The notes: generated by a model not told the origin, from the sequence alone. Shown: positions 49,595-63,645, counted from the stretch's first letter. The stretch: 64,000 nt of DNA from Marsupella aquatica (GCA_973895155.1 OZ316895.1:5600687-5664686); one strand, 5' to 3'. A program made the numbers and translations.

Positions 49595-52500
49595 TTAATT
49601 TTTGGGGTTGGAAGTATTATACAACGCAAGCCCGGTACATAAGATCGCTGACCCTAGAAATAATTTAGGGGATAATGGTGGAGGAGCACCAAGAAATGGA
49701 AGCGGTAGGGTGAATGCGAAAATAGCAAGAGGCACTGTAAACAGAACCCACAAAGGAATTAAAATCCATCCAAGCACTTGTACTGTGTAGCGCTCTGTAC
49801 ATGTCCTCATAATTATATAAGTTGTTCATAATTCTCTCCCATTGATACGTGTTTTGGAATTACATTGGTACAAAAATTAACCCAGAAACGATTTGATTGA
49901 CAACAGTCATAGCAAAATGGACATCTGACCCTTACCTAGTTAAAATGGAATTCACGCGATCGGCCTATGGTCGCAATTTCTTACCTGATGCAGTTGTACA
50001 TAGGGAAGACAGAATCGCAGATGATATTTTCATCAAGTAGAGAGCTGATACATTGAAGCTCATGTTGGCAACCACGTATAACAACGGCACAAAGGGTGAC
50101 CCATCGCAACCTGAAAACATGACATAACCATTATGTTCAGGCTATCACGTTCGTCCCCTTGGAAACATTTGCACCTCATATTTGCTCGAAGAAGCGAAGG
50201 GAATCCAATACTAAATTCTAAATGTCTGACAGTCGATTGATGACATTGTTGGATCTAGACAGTAACTTGTCCAGAAACATTATAAGATACCATTACAAAG
50301 ACGTTCATTAAACAGGCTGGAAGCAAAACATTTGTTATGAATCTGTAGGTTATTTGTACATTACCAACAGAGGAGCCAGCGTTGAAGAAGCAAGCAGACC
50401 CATCCCTGAAATAACTGCCGAGTTGGTGGAAGGGGATTCCACGTATGTTTGATAACAAGGGCAGCAAGAGCAACACGAACAAAGCCTGAAAACGCGCATC
50501 ATTCTTACTATACAACAATGCTTGCAGCGATGGCGTTAATCTTGGACCAAGACCAGACATTGGAAAAATGACAATAGCAAGTACAATTTCGAGCAAAGAA
50601 ACTTTTCGTGGCATTTTCTCCGTTTCTTGCTTTGCCCAAACAAAGTACTTTCAAAAAGCACGCCAGCTATACCAAACAGTTACCTGAAAGCCTGATCCGA
50701 ACGAGTTCACAACGAAGAGATCTACGTTTCCGCCCTGCAAGCATAATACAAAGAAACGTGCACAAGCTATCGATTGTTTAACAAACCAAGGAAAAATATG
50801 TAGAGTCATTAGCACTTCTACTCGCAAGATTTGTATTGTAGGGGAGAAACTTTGCCCAATTTCGGTCTGATGCTCTTTACTATCATTCATGAGACCCACT
50901 TCATTCAAATGCTATATATTTGTGACTTTACAAGCTAATTTGGGTGGCAAAACTTAAATTCACTATGCATGCCAGCTAATACAAAACAATAGATCACAAT
51001 TCGCATCGAAGGATGACAAAAGTAAGCAGTGATTATAGTTTGTCATGAAGAAATTACCTTTACGTCTCGTTTCGCATTCTTGAATACTGACTCCTGTACA
51101 CAGGAACAGGAAAGTTTGTGTGAACGTTTATTCAAAAGTGTAACAGCTATTTATATGCAACTTAGGAGTTAAATAGACGTATGGTCGTTTATTCTTTAGC
51201 TGAACTACAACCCCTCATCCGACATCTTAACCCGTTACGAATCAGAGCCTTGAATGGGGAGAAGTACCTTCAAAATAGAGCCACCAGCAGAGAACAAAGC
51301 CGACATCGTCATGACAACTGGCCAGAACATCCCAGTTCGTTGCAAAGACTCAGTTCCACCACCACTGCGAGGAATTCGCTCAAACAAGTCAGACAGAGAG
51401 GGAGGCGAACGAAACTATGGGCAGACTATGAAAAGAGTAGTAACGATTGAGATTAATTCAACTGCCAACGTCAGCGCACTCTTCTTCTTGACGTATAGAT
51501 GTGTACCTGGCGACCACAATGATAACTCCGGCCACAACAAGCATACAACCCGCAATCTGTCCCGTCGTATACCGTTTGCCCAGAAAGGCAGCAGACAGTA
51601 TCAACTGCCATACAAGAAACACCTGCAAGTATAGCCTGATAGTGAGTAACCTCTATCGCTGATTTGGCACATTTTATGGTCACCGAATCGGTTGACATTG
51701 AAGCACTGTCGACGACGAATTCGGACGCAAAATTGCAGAACGAACGTGAAAAAACAATGATTTCAATTTGTCGTCCATCATTGATCGACAAAAGGCGAAA
51801 GGAGACTTCACCTGTAGCAAGACTGGTATCGACGCTGCCGGAAGAACCGCTGGAGCAAGCAAAATTCGTACGCACAGTAAGAAACAGTGGGGACATTCAA
51901 AGATAAAGCCAAGGCTTCAATATATATCTGAAAGAATGCTTGTATTCTAAAAAAGTCTGAGTATAACAATTCTAAGCCCTCTCTTTGGCGGTGTTTCCCT
52001 TTACTCGTCGCCCCTCAAGAAACAACAAAAATCCGTTAAGCTCTCGAACGTTGAGCTTGAACAGAAGATAGCAGAAATCTGAATGACTTCGGTGACCCAC
52101 ATCGGAAGGTAAATTAAAATTTTATGTACTGTAGTGACTGTTAGATAAGGACCACCAGTCAAAAAAGAAAGATTAAAAACGATCTCCTCAGCACAAACTT
52201 CGAGGTTCCCTGAACGTGGTCGAATTTACTATACTCCGAGCTACAATTGTCATACTGTTGTCAGTCACGAGAGGGAGACAACGAAGAAGAGAAGAAGAGC
52301 GTAATATACCTGCAGCTGCCATTCCAGTTGCAAGCCCGAGCGCTTCGAGGGCACCCACCGCGACAAATTGTCCCTTGGGCAGATTTAGCATGTCGTCCGT
52401 TACAATTCCAGCTTTGTAGCGGCCATAGAGGACTGCGAAGTAGACCAGCACATACCTGTACCCCGACAGACACAACAACTACCTTAGAGTCGGGGCATCC

Positions 52501-54104
52501 GAGATCGCTCGCCGTCCCCTAGCCGTGCATGAATACGCTTCTATGTTGCGCGTGCAGCATTTGCTCCACGTCCACTAGCCGTGCATGAATACGCTTCTAT
52601 GTTGCGCGTGTAGCATTTGCTCCAATTATGAGATTGATTGCAGGTGAGTTGTTATCAACCAATTTGCGTGTCTGTGTTTTCAGTCTTTAGTTATCAACCC
52701 AACTAAGCTCATTTTCTGTTCTACTCATTCTCTTGTGCATTTTTGTCATCCCGCTGCGCTTTCGATTCCCTTTTCCAATTGGGATCTCACATCTCACAGA
52801 TACCAATTGGAATTCCCATTTCCAATTGGGATCATTGATTCTTTCTCTCTGCCTTCATTGGAGCTGTCAACTTCCTTCAAAGCCGTACGTCTCTCTGGAT
52901 TGTCCATTAGCTTTGTGATCTGTATGCCGTTTAGATCCAGTTTGGTCCCTCCTGCCAATTGAATCGCAGTACACAGCTCTGGCTCCATTGCATGATTTCG
53001 ATTCGTTAATCATTCAATCTTCCGTCTTTTCTTTCTTTCGCTCTCTAAATAATGAGTTGTGGAATTCAAAAACCATACATTACCCTAGGCCAGTCCGTTA
53101 GCTCAGCACTTTATCTTTGTCAGGTCCCTTCTCCCTATCGAACCGCAATGCACGTTTACACATTGCCTGATGGCCATCCCGTTGAAAGTAACCTTAATTT
53201 TCGGTCATTCATTCAAACGTTTCTCGCAGCTAATCAATTGCACGGCGCAAGTAGGAGTTGTCACAACAGTCATGCTTACTACTTCGTCCAAACTTTCGGA
53301 GACGAAGGTGCGAAGCCAACTATACCATTGCGTATTCTTGCAGGCCAGAGAAATTCAAGCGAATTCTCCTCGTGCGCTACGATGCACCCCTTGCTTCGCA
53401 ATTACAGGCGAAGCAACGAATAATACAGTCTCTACAGCTTCACGGGAACCAATAATGGAGGCTCCTGCTGTAAGAATACACGGCAACGGAACGAGAAAGG
53501 CGGACTACCGTACGAAAGATGAACAAGCAAAGACTAAGGTACGCAAAAGGAAGAAGAGCCGGAAGTACCCGAAAGTGTTCAACTGGGCCAAGAAGAATGG
53601 GTGCTCCTTCATGGGCACCAAAGCCATCTTGTACAGAATCTTATTGGCAGTGGCGAGGAGAACTGTGGACATAGCGACGCCGAGAACTTCCAAATCAGCT
53701 TTGCTGGTCGACCAGCGAGCGAACAATGTGATCGTTTCTACTCCTGCACCCTCGGAAGAAGGGCTGGCGGCCACTGCCGTCGCTCTGGGGGTGATGATGG
53801 CTGAGCGACTACTCCTCCTCCCCTGTAGACGAGGAACAACAACCTTGGATTGGCGCAAAACCGTTTCGAACATGAAACCCGGATATCTCTCGTGATGATG
53901 AAGACTCCCATCCTTGATTCTAAATCTGAAAGGGTCTTTCGGTGATCGCAATTGTTGGCACGATGGGATGGCCGGAATTCCACGAGTTGCAGCTACGAAT
54001 CGAGACGGACTTGACAGTTGTAAACCGTTGGAAGAGCTGGCCTGAGGAAGTGTAGATACTAATCTAATTCCACGGTCAGCTAATGGCTGCGCTATTCCTG
54101 TCAT
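49595..54104 (-). CDS. CLT: CRT-like transporter (CLT family, plastid thiol export); about 10 exons: 54104-53569, 52456-52310, 51849-51812, 51622-51506, 51380-51274, 51093-51058, 50733-50683, 50485-50363, 50110-49985, 49734-49595 (approximate)
   Basis: Ser/Arg-rich transit-peptide-like N-terminus; NKILYKMALVPMKEHPFFLAQLNTFG, YVLVYFAVLYGRYKAGIVTDDML, VDLFVVNSFGSGFQ, VPLAIFAFTLPLPFLG motifs. Confidence 0.92.
52519..52624. repeat. ~50-bp near-perfect duplication in CLT intron 1
   Basis: CTAGCCGTGCATGAATACGCTTCTATGTTGCGCGTG(C/T)AGCATTTGCTCCA twice. Confidence 0.9.
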
Positions 54105-55188
54105 GGTTTCCACCAACGCACTGTCCTATTACTACTCCCTGTTTCCCGCTCCACTGCAGCGCACTTCTACTGCTATCAATCCTATTCTACAATCCAAAAT
54201 CCTGACAGTTCTTCGACCAAAATGCAGAGCACGGACGATAGTGACTCCAGTACCTCTTTTCCGATTCCACAGCCACTACAAGAGTATCGAAATACAGGCA
54301 CATAGACCATCCAGAGACTCTTGTGGAAGTTTGCTACCAGTCTCTGCAATTGAGATGAAAGCAACACCTAGATTACTTGCAATGCACAGGAGAGAAAATG
54401 GATGGGCAGGAGAAAGACTCTTGAGGGAGGTTTTCTACCAACTCCACCGCATACCAGACTGACCCAAATTGAACCCCGATTCACAATTGTAGAAATTGTT
54501 GGTCAAGGGCACTATTAGTTAGCAGAACTCCTACTCTGACGATCTCTGCTCAAAACTGGATGATGCGGTGATGCGGTCTCTGCACCTCCTCCTCATGCTG
54601 CTACGACTGCTGCCCACTTGACAGTGAAGAACCAAGAAATGAGCACCGCCTCCTCGCTGTGAATCCAGTCCAGTCCAGTCCAATTCAGTTCAAATGTCCC
54701 GTCGTATCGGCAGGAGAACTATTTATCCCAATTCGAGTCTGATGGACGAGTACTGACTGGTGAGCGATGTGTGACGGGCGAGTGAGCCATTGAAACAGGA
54801 AAGTGGTCCCAGAGCATCCGAATTGACCGGATGCATGTCCTGTCGGTCCGCCCAGCGGGCGCACATGAGGCAGATTCGCAAGAGAAAGAGAAGAGAAAGA
54901 AGAAACAAGGAACATCTTCACTCGAACCGGCACCACACGGAAGTATCGAAGGAAGCACACCCGACCAGAGCTGCGAAAGGACATCAGCAGAGCTCGGAAA
55001 GTACCGTGCTCGACAAAAAGAGGAAGGACGCTTGGAAAGACTGGCCTAGTGACCCGAAATGAGGGACATGTGATAATGAAGCTCGATGTTCAAGACGGGA
55101 AAACCAAAACGGCAATCACACGAGCAATTCTCTAGCTCTAGAGTAGCTCTGCTTTTGCAATCGCGCTCTTCGTTTAGTGTCCTTCAAC

Positions 55189-55855
55189 CTCTTCTTAAGT
55201 GCACAATCCCGAGAAGAAGCAAGGGCCTGTGCACTTACATGTGTTTACACTACTTGATCAGTGCACATTTCCAAACTTCTCCGCTCACATGGTTTCTGCA
55301 CTATATGGTAAGTGCACATTTCCAAACTTCTCCGCTCACATGGTTTCTGCACTATATGGTAAGTGCACATTTTGAGACTCTTGCACTTACACGTGTTTTG
55401 CACTACATGATAAGTACACATATTCCAACTCTACAGGTAAATTAGTACCATGATTCTTCTTGTTGATAGAGTGCCTTGACCTTCAGTCATTCCTCTTCCC
55501 TCTGTCTCTTGTCACATTGGATAAGTTGTCATCTCATGTTCAAGCAGGATTCTAGTGCCTTCCACATTTGATAAGTTATCATCTTCTGTTTAAGGGCATA
55601 AACCATCAACTGTACATCCCTCAGATTACACATCCCTATGGTAAACCCCTATCAATCGACTATCCCATAACTCTACATTAAAATGGTATGCACTGAAAAA
55701 TGGGAAGCCTGGGACACCTTGCAACTAGGCAGGTTTTGCCCTCTCTGCACCATAAAATTTGCCGAAAAGTGCAAAATGATCAGAAAAACAGAGAAGAATC
55801 TGAGGCTATGCAACTATGAAAGTTTTGCACTCTGAGAGTGTGCACTTAGGAAGAG
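55189..55855. mobile_element. Putative non-autonomous TIR element containing about 4 x 51-bp tandem repeats (55229-55432)
   Basis: CTCTTCTTAAGTGCACAATCCCGAGA versus TCTGAGAGTGTGCACTTAGGAAGAG; no TSD identified. Confidence 0.5.
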
Positions 55856-56796
55856 CCCCTGTACAGTGACTTTGGTTTGCAATTGCGCTATTTTTTAGTG
55901 AACCTCGTTTGCTTTTACTTCATTTATTATTATATTTGGCTTGGCACTTTTTAGAAAATTGAAGTGGAATCAGACGGCAGAGGTGGTCAGGTGGGTGTCC
56001 ACCTCCTGAGACAATGATTCCATAGAGCCAGAATGAATCTTTTGCTACAGAAAGGTTGAGTGTCAATGATGGAAAAACACCGTCGAGTCGTGGCAGAACG
56101 CCAACGTGTCCCTCAATGACAGGCTGAGATACAGAGGATAATGGAACGATACATAGGACAATGGAAGATCGACACAGGGTCCCAAACTGACGAGATCCAA
56201 AAGCATTTGACCCATCTTTTTGTCATGTATTAAAGCTTTCCGTGAACTTTCGGTCTATGGGTGACTCGGCATTATTTTAGCCCAAAAATAAGTGTGAGAT
56301 AATTTCGAGGTCGTGCACTTTTTTCAGGGGCAAAAAACCCTGTGAGTCTATGGGTGACTCGCCATGTTTAGGCCAAAAATATGTGCAGTACACAATTTCA
56401 AGGGCTAGCTGTGCACTTCAGTCATGAGCAAAATACCAGGCCAGACTTGGAAAAGCGGTGCATGGGTCAAGGGACTAGGAGTCATCATGAGTTCTGTAAA
56501 ACCCAATGTTTTAGGCCCCACCTACCCCCCCCCCACGGTGTGAATACATCAAGTCAGATATAGAATGCTGCCACACTAGATGAAAATGTCCTGAATTCAG
56601 AGTGAGTATTGGCCCTTTGAGGTTTAGGTACAATCTATTGACTTGCAAAAAATCAATCTTGATATCGTGTCTTTACAAGAGCTGTATCACACGTGTGAAT
56701 TTTTCTTAAGCAAATTGGAGGGCCACTTCTTGTTCTTAGGATTGACTCAAGACCAGAAATGTTTTTAAATGAAATTCATTAAATGCAAATAACTTT

Positions 56797-57000
56797 AATG
56801 AAGGAGCCAAGTTTGAAATTTTTTGGACCAATTATGGAGGTGGTTTAAAATTCTAGACAATAATCACTCCATGTTGACACATATTCCCAATGACTATATA
56901 CATGGGCCCACTCCTTGCCATGTGGGATAAGTACACACTTATCTGAATGGGCCCTGAGCTTTTGTAAAGTCAACTTAACAGTTTCCATTCATTGTATAGG
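56797..57000 (+). repeat. Unclassified dispersed repeat (copy 2 of 29287-29500)
   Basis: Colinear shared blocks with copy 1. Confidence 0.7.
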
Positions 57001-57134
57001 CCCATGTACTCTGCGACCTAATGAGAGAAGATGGTGGTCCCCCTACATCATGTAAAGCCACCCTAATAATGAGCTTGTAAAGTAACTACTCACTGGTTAA
57101 CGAATTTTTAATGCCAAGACTATTTTATAGTGTA

Positions 57135-57335
57135 TATTGAGCATACACCATGTGGTAAGCACATGACACATCTAACGTACAAGTGATGAACACAATACAT
57201 ACGTGGTTCACCTCCTTGAGACTACGTCCATAGAAGCACACAAGAGAATTTTACTGAACTCTAAGTCCGTCGGCCATATCAACTCTCCACAGTGTAAGCT
57301 CTCCTCATTTCTCAAGTGGCTTCATAACAATGTGA
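57135..57335 (-). mobile_element. Truncated LTR of the 27622-27965 family
   Basis: TACGTGGTTCACCTCC...ACTACGTCCA...CACACAAGAG is the reverse complement of the 27622 LTR 3' half. Confidence 0.75.
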
Positions 57336-59430
57336 GTGACATTTTCTTGCTCTCCAATACTTGGTCAGTTTGAGTTACAGAACCCACTAGCAAGGCTGGT
57401 TGTATGGTGTGTTATGGGGAAACTTTGATTCATCATTGAAACGAAAACTTGGTAGAGATACCAAGATAAACTTAGTCTATGATCAAACAGCTGAACATGC
57501 ATGGGAGGTACCAAGTCTATGACTAAAGAGCTCTTTGGTCACACAAAGATTTAATAAATGGCCATCTCCTGGTGTTCTACCCAATTGTGACAATATTTTA
57601 CTTGTGCTATACCCATGTAAGTTATAATTTGCCTAAAAGACCCCCAACCAGCAACCTTAACCTGATATGATGGCCCATATGCTGGATGTGAGAGGGCCCT
57701 CCACTACTGAATAGGATTTAATTTTTTTTTGTCTTGAAACAAAATGAGGTCAACAATGTGGCATAGTAACATATATGGAGTACGTGTAAGCATATGAAAG
57801 AGGAGAAGAAAGGGGAATAGTCATCCAAGGGATTATAGGAGGGCATTTTCTCTTCTCATGAAATGACTTCACTTCTGTTTAGTCAAAACCTCTTCTGTGA
57901 ACTAATGATCTAGCTCAAGTAGTTGTGGCCAAGTGTCATTTAAATTTGCTTCTGTTGAAATTTTTGTGTCATAAAAAGGAAGAGTAAAAACAACCTTGGC
58001 TTTAATTACAAAAATTAACCAAATGCCCTTAAAATTTTGAAACTGACAAAAATACCAGTACAATGTCTCACATAGGCAAGGTGTCCCTTGTTTCTCATTT
58101 GCACTGGACAGAAAGAAATATTAAACTCTTCTTGGTTTACCATGGGTTTACTGAGTCAGCCAAAGGAGTCTGGTTTGGTGATCCAGAATCTGTGTTTCAT
58201 TCAAGGACTCCAAGGTATTGCACAGGGATCCCTTTTGATGGAGCCAATGCTCAAGTAGGAAAATCAGAGAGCCAGGCCATGAGAGCATTTAATCCCCTCT
58301 TGACTTTCTCCCCATGAGATTGCCCATTTCATTGTTTTATGGCAAACAAGTCTTTTCTGTGAAATGTTTTCTTGTGCTTAAAGTTGACAATCCCAGTTTG
58401 CGTGCCATCCCAGTTTGAGCAAGATTTCTCATGTTATGAGTAACACTCAGTCAGTATGTTCCTTGAAATCACCCAGTCTGTATGTTATTTCTCATTTTCA
58501 TACTAAATGTCAAAGTTAGCTTCTAGAAAGTTTCAAAAGTGCAGAGTGTGGACTGTCCGTGATGGAGTCTCTCAATTCTTCATGACAAATCAAGATATTA
58601 GATTGATTGAAAACATCTTTCCAAGCCTTTTCTAACAAACCCAAGAAGAAACAATGAAGCTGGATAGGAAGGGGAGACATGGAAAGTAATTTTTTGCAGT
58701 TGGATTGCTTTTGGACACTAGAAGGGTGTCAATGACTGAATGTGTAAAAGATATCATGATCCATAGGCTTGCATGATTACCAGGCTTGGTCCATGGGAGA
58801 ATCACTTTCAATGCCACAAGAGCTCTAAAATGTTATTTCACGAACACTCTAAAACCTAAATTCACAAGCACTAGAAGAATAATTGGTCAGGTCCAAAATT
58901 TTATTCAAAATAATAATTTATAGGGGATGGCAATGGGGTGTAGTCCTCGAGTTCCTGAGACGGAATCTTCCGCGACCGGCTCCTTATTCCGGTGAATGAT
59001 TGCTGCGTATCCGACGTCATACTGTCGTGGGGCCAGGACACCCACATGTCCGGATTCCGGGAAGTTAACCCGGTGCGGTGAACGGAATATGACTTTCCGT
59101 CGTGCTCTGTCTCGTGTCGTCAACTTTTCCCTCTTGGAGAGAATGATGTCGCTTTGTTCGTCGTGGAATTCAAGCTCGTTCTCATTTACTTACTACACTT
59201 AACATGACTGATTGATTACTCGCGAGGTCTCGAGTCTGGACGTCCAGAAGTGGAGATAGGACTGGGAGATGAGCTTGAGGTCCCGGCCCGAGGGACCTGA
59301 ACTGTGCACATCACTCGGGAAAGAGTTGCAAAAAACAAGTAAGGAAATCTGTGTTTGGACTAGGAACGGTTGATGGGAATGTGGGCAAAACAGGATGGAA
59401 AGAAATCTAGGAATCTGAATGGGATCTAGT

Positions 59431-59727
59431 CAATTGTATTGTGGACAAGGCAGCCATGAGTTTGGCAACGTAGCAATTCATTCATCCTACAAAACACTCG
59501 AGAAGATCTCAGTCGGATATTCTATCGGCCAATTACATTGTGGGCTAGACAGCCATCATTTTGGCTAACATAGAAATTCGTTATCCTCATCAAACCACTG
59601 GGGAAGCTCCCAGCCGGATGATTTAGGTAGAAGAATCCCACTCTATTGGTTTATTACAGTGTGGGCAAGGCAGCCATCAGTTAGGCTAACTGAGAAATCC
59701 GCTGATCTTCGCAAAACACTCAGGAAG
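59431..59727. repeat. Three diverged ~100-120 bp tandem units
   Basis: TGTGG(G/A)C(A/T)AG(G/A)CAGCCAT...AAA(A/C)CACT...GAAG recurring near 59431, 59531 and 59651. Confidence 0.75.
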
Positions 59728-60583
59728 AAGTATTCGAGGCATGAGGATAATATATTTTATCGGTTTCGCCATGTCTACTTGTGGAAGTCGGAAATCTGTT
59801 CCTGCGCAGTGCGTGGAGACACTCTTCGCTAGAAGAATGGCTAGTGTAATCACTCTGTACCAGTCTACAATCTAGGGTGGTATGTTCCATGCCCACTTTC
59901 CCGTTCCTGCTTTGGGAGAATTTTGGACCAGCTTTTTCACGTTGTTTGACTTTATTAACATCATATAACCGTCACGAAACCCTAGAACGTGTCCAACACC
60001 GGTCAGCGATGTCCCTTTGTTGTCGTCTCTTAACAGGAACATGTGTATTGTAGACATTTAACTTTGTACTCACTGAACTCTATTGATAACATGAGCAGAC
60101 GTCGGAAAGTTACCCGGTCAGAAATGAAAATTAGGTGCTGAGCGTGCTACTACGCTGTGATGCTAGTTCTTTGTATGTGTATTGTATCTGGAGAATCAAA
60201 ACTTTACATAAAACTACAATATCCAATATCATTTTTGGTTGTTATGCTGATCGTTTGTACTCGAGAAGGCATATTCATGAGGCTTGTTGAGATAATTAGG
60301 CTTGTGATTAGGATCTTCAGCAGGATATCACCACATTGGTGCTCAGTGAATACAAACTGATATTCAGAAATCATGTGCAAAAATGATCTTGCTTCATGTT
60401 CAAGTTCTCATCCTTGCACCTAAATGGGAACAGGGAGCGGAGCCATTAAGGGCGAATCTACGCTGCATGACAATGGTCAACAATAACCCTCAGTGCCATT
60501 TTTGGTATTGACTCCCACATGCCCTAGAGCAGTCGAAAGACATTGTCATTATACATCACTGGGAAACTGGGAACCACAAAACA

Positions 60584-60736
60584 AATGCTTCTATTCGAAA
60601 GCTAGATCACCGGACGGAGTCAAACCCAACTCATAATGCTTCTATTCGAAAGCTAGATCACCGGACGGAGTCACACCCAACTCATAATGCTTCTATTCCA
60701 AAGCTAGATCACCGGACGGAGTCAAACCCAACTCAT
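60584..60736. repeat. 3 x 51-bp near-perfect tandem repeat
   Basis: AATGCTTCTATTCGAAAGCTAGATCACCGGACGGAGTCAAACCCAACTCAT three times with two substitutions. Confidence 0.95.
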
Positions 60737-60954
60737 TACGAGTTGGGAACAGACAGGATGAACAACTCTAATGCAACCTAGACCTGAGGAATGTGCGGAG
60801 AGACCTCTACTACTGCAATCGTCTTACAGCAGTAAAAGGGCCCTCACATAATCTATAGCACATTCTGAGGAGCCAATGTAGGGAGTGGAATACCCAGCTT
60901 TGACAGTGACAATTAATGTGCATTCCACAACTACAAACTTATCAAGAAGTAGAG

Positions 60955-61370
60955 GATGGGTCAGATTTCTGGCTTGGCTCCTAGGAGCTAATCGCACAGT
61001 TAGAATCAGAGTCGATCATATGGGGAAAGTATCCTCATTCCCATCCAATACAAGCAAAGGGAGCTTTCAATGAAACACAGAAGACAACATCCCTGACATG
61101 TGAGTGAGACAGCGGTGTATGCTAAACGAGCAAGAGTGTGAAGGCCTTACGCGGAAGAGCGAGGGAATAAAAAGATGTAGCCGCCACATCCGTCAGCGGC
61201 AGGTCATCGCACTCAGCTAAAGCGCGACGGCGGAGGTTGCTTCTCAGAGAATAAGCACTCCATGAAAACATTTAGTGTAGATGGGTCAGTATTCTGGCTT
61301 GGCTCCTAAGAGCATGTCGCACAGTTAGAATCAGTGTCGATCATATGGGGAAAGGATCATCATTCCCATC
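60955..61370. repeat. ~88-bp direct repeat pair (60955-61043, 61280-61370)
   Basis: GATGGGTCAG...TTCTGGCTTGGCTCCTA...CGCACAGTTAGAATCAG...CATTCCCATC twice. Confidence 0.85.
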
Positions 61371-62506
61371 AGTCTCTATGAAATCAAACAAACCATAGCA
61401 CCTAAACCGCGTTGAACACCACGAGACCTCTGGGGCACACATGTAGGTAAAACCTAGCTGTCGTCCGCTCTCAAGAACTCACACTCTATCTGCAACACAG
61501 TACTCAGATTGTACCCCACAGCACGAATCTGAAAGGCAACAAACACTAGTCGACTAGAAGCAATTCAGACTCATCTGCAACACGCCGCTTCGGCCCAACA
61601 ACTAAATCAAAAGAGAAACCCGTGTCTCTTCGAAGAATGAGATTCGAAGGAAGAGAAACTAAATCTGCAGTTCTAAATGTAACTCCACTGCAGCATTTAA
61701 AAGGAAACAATGGCCACTTCGGAAGAGCAGGAAGGTCCATTACCAGCATCACGGTGTGCGGAGGATCGACCAGTAGCTAGATCAACTGATGGAGAAGTCT
61801 GCGATTTTCGACAGCAACTGGCTTTTAGGTCAGAGTGAAGCCCAAAGCGGGCGGCTGTCCCAAGACCGTCCGATTCGGCAAAGCAGATCGTGTGGTGGAC
61901 ACAGGGACGCAGTAAGTTGCTCTGCTGTGCAGTGCTGTACCCTACCTGCAGGTCAGGGAAACCATAGTAGAGATGACGATGGGAGGAAACTACTCGCACG
62001 GACCAGTTACCCAAGTGTTTACTTGGTTAACTATTCTCAACTAAGGCGTCTCAAACTATATAAAGACTGGGCAATTAGTAGGGCTGAGAGTTAGTTGTGT
62101 AGGATGCAAAGTGCGCGATACACAAATTTGGCAACCGCACTTTTTCGCCAACTGCAGGCCACGGATCTTCCCTTACACCTAGAGCCTGTAGAAGACCTCT
62201 CAAAGTGCTCTGAATGAATGATCGTTTACCGGTGACATTTATTAACAGTGTTTGTTTTACTTAGAAGAGAATTATCCTGAAAATAATTGCATTCTTCGTA
62301 TAATTATCAGGAAGATAGAGATATAATTATGTGTCCGTTACTAACAAAATCAGTTGACAGAGCCGGCCTCGCATCAAACAATGCAAAAAACCTCTGTCAT
62401 ACGAAGTTTGAAGTCAAGAAGCTGCTATCTATTAGAGTCACCCAGTCTTTCAACAACCAAAACTCGTTTTCTTCTATGTATTCGATCAGATATGTTCCAG
62501 AAATCC

Positions 62507-63645
62507 TCAAGACGGAAGTATGTCATCAAGCAAAGCAATAATTACATTTTCAAAATTATCTTTTAAGTATGTCAATGCACTTTTCTGGAGTAGCTTAGCA
62601 TCAAACTTCCTGGCCAATGTCAACAATTTTGTCAGATTGGTTTTATCAATCGTTCCAGCCAAATGCTCCTCGCATGTTTCCTGAAGTAAATCAATTGCAT
62701 ACTTGTGTGCAACGACCAGGACGTCTTCGGCGGCGACTTCTTGGTTGAAGTCTATTTCAGCACGGTAGCAAAACCGAATCATTGCACGAATGACTGGGAG
62801 GGTTGCATCGTCAATCCGAACCATTCCTGTATCGCTTTCCAGCATTTCAGTTTGGAACATCGTTCTGAAAACTGACGATCTGTTTGCCTGTGTAATTTTC
62901 CAACAAGACACTTGACTTAGCCCCGGGATTGAACGCCAACCTTCATCCCAAATTACATACGGTTTCACGTTGGTTGCAAACCTTGTAATCTTTGAAGAGT
63001 AACCCTGAATGAGAAAGGCTCTGTAAAGTGGATTATCATTCATGCGATGAATCGTCGACTGCCTACCTACCTCACGCAAGCTACGGGCCAGAGCTAACCA
63101 TTGCTCGATAGTAATCGATCACGTTGACGAAATTAAATTGCCAAGCACAACACTTTTGTGTGAGGTCCCCTCTAAGAGAATCACACGGCCGGATTCCAAC
63201 CAAACCAGCTGACAATATTTTCAAATAAGACCAAACCAAACTACGTACATGCTTTTTGTTAACAGAGAAGCAACCTTGCAGATTGAAACAGAGGTCACAG
63301 CACAGTCCCACATAAAAGCACCACGAGAAGCCACGAGAGCTTCGATTCACGTCAATCAGACCCAGAAATGGAAGCCTTACTCACCAAAACAATCCTGTGG
63401 GCAAGTAGAGGCTTGTCTTCTTCATCTTGAACTACGATTGTCACGTCTTCTTTCGGAGTTCCTTCTGCCTGCTCATTGTCAAAGTCGAGGCGTAGAAAGG
63501 CCAGCAAGGACTGGAACTTCTCGATATTCCTTTCAAGGCTCTCCAGCGTAGGTTGCTGGCGTCTGATCTCTCTGTCCAAGTACTGGTAGCCCGCCACCGT
63601 GACCGGCAATCCGCAATCAAGGCATTTGGGCTCCGACATTTCCAT
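62507..63645 (-). CDS. BTB/POZ domain protein with SPOP-like C-terminal helices, 213 aa; exons 63645-63385 and 62887-62507
   Basis: DVTIVV...AHRIVL|ANRSSVFRTMFQTEMLES...IDD...AHKYAIDLLQETCEEHL; intron TTG|GTGAGT...ACACAG|GCA in phase 0. Confidence 0.92.

Noticed and set aside
53170-53895. 241-aa plus-strand ORF
   Set aside because: Antisense to CLT exon 1 and intron 1; no recognisable domain.
60584-60736. Repeat arrays here and at 55229-55432 and 25944-26240 as CRISPR-like arrays
   Set aside because: Head-to-tail units without unique spacers, eukaryotic context and no cas genes.
62888-63079. N-terminal part of the 190-aa BTB ORF in the track
   Set aside because: Intron read-through; the BTB domain is completed by the upstream exon 63645-63385.
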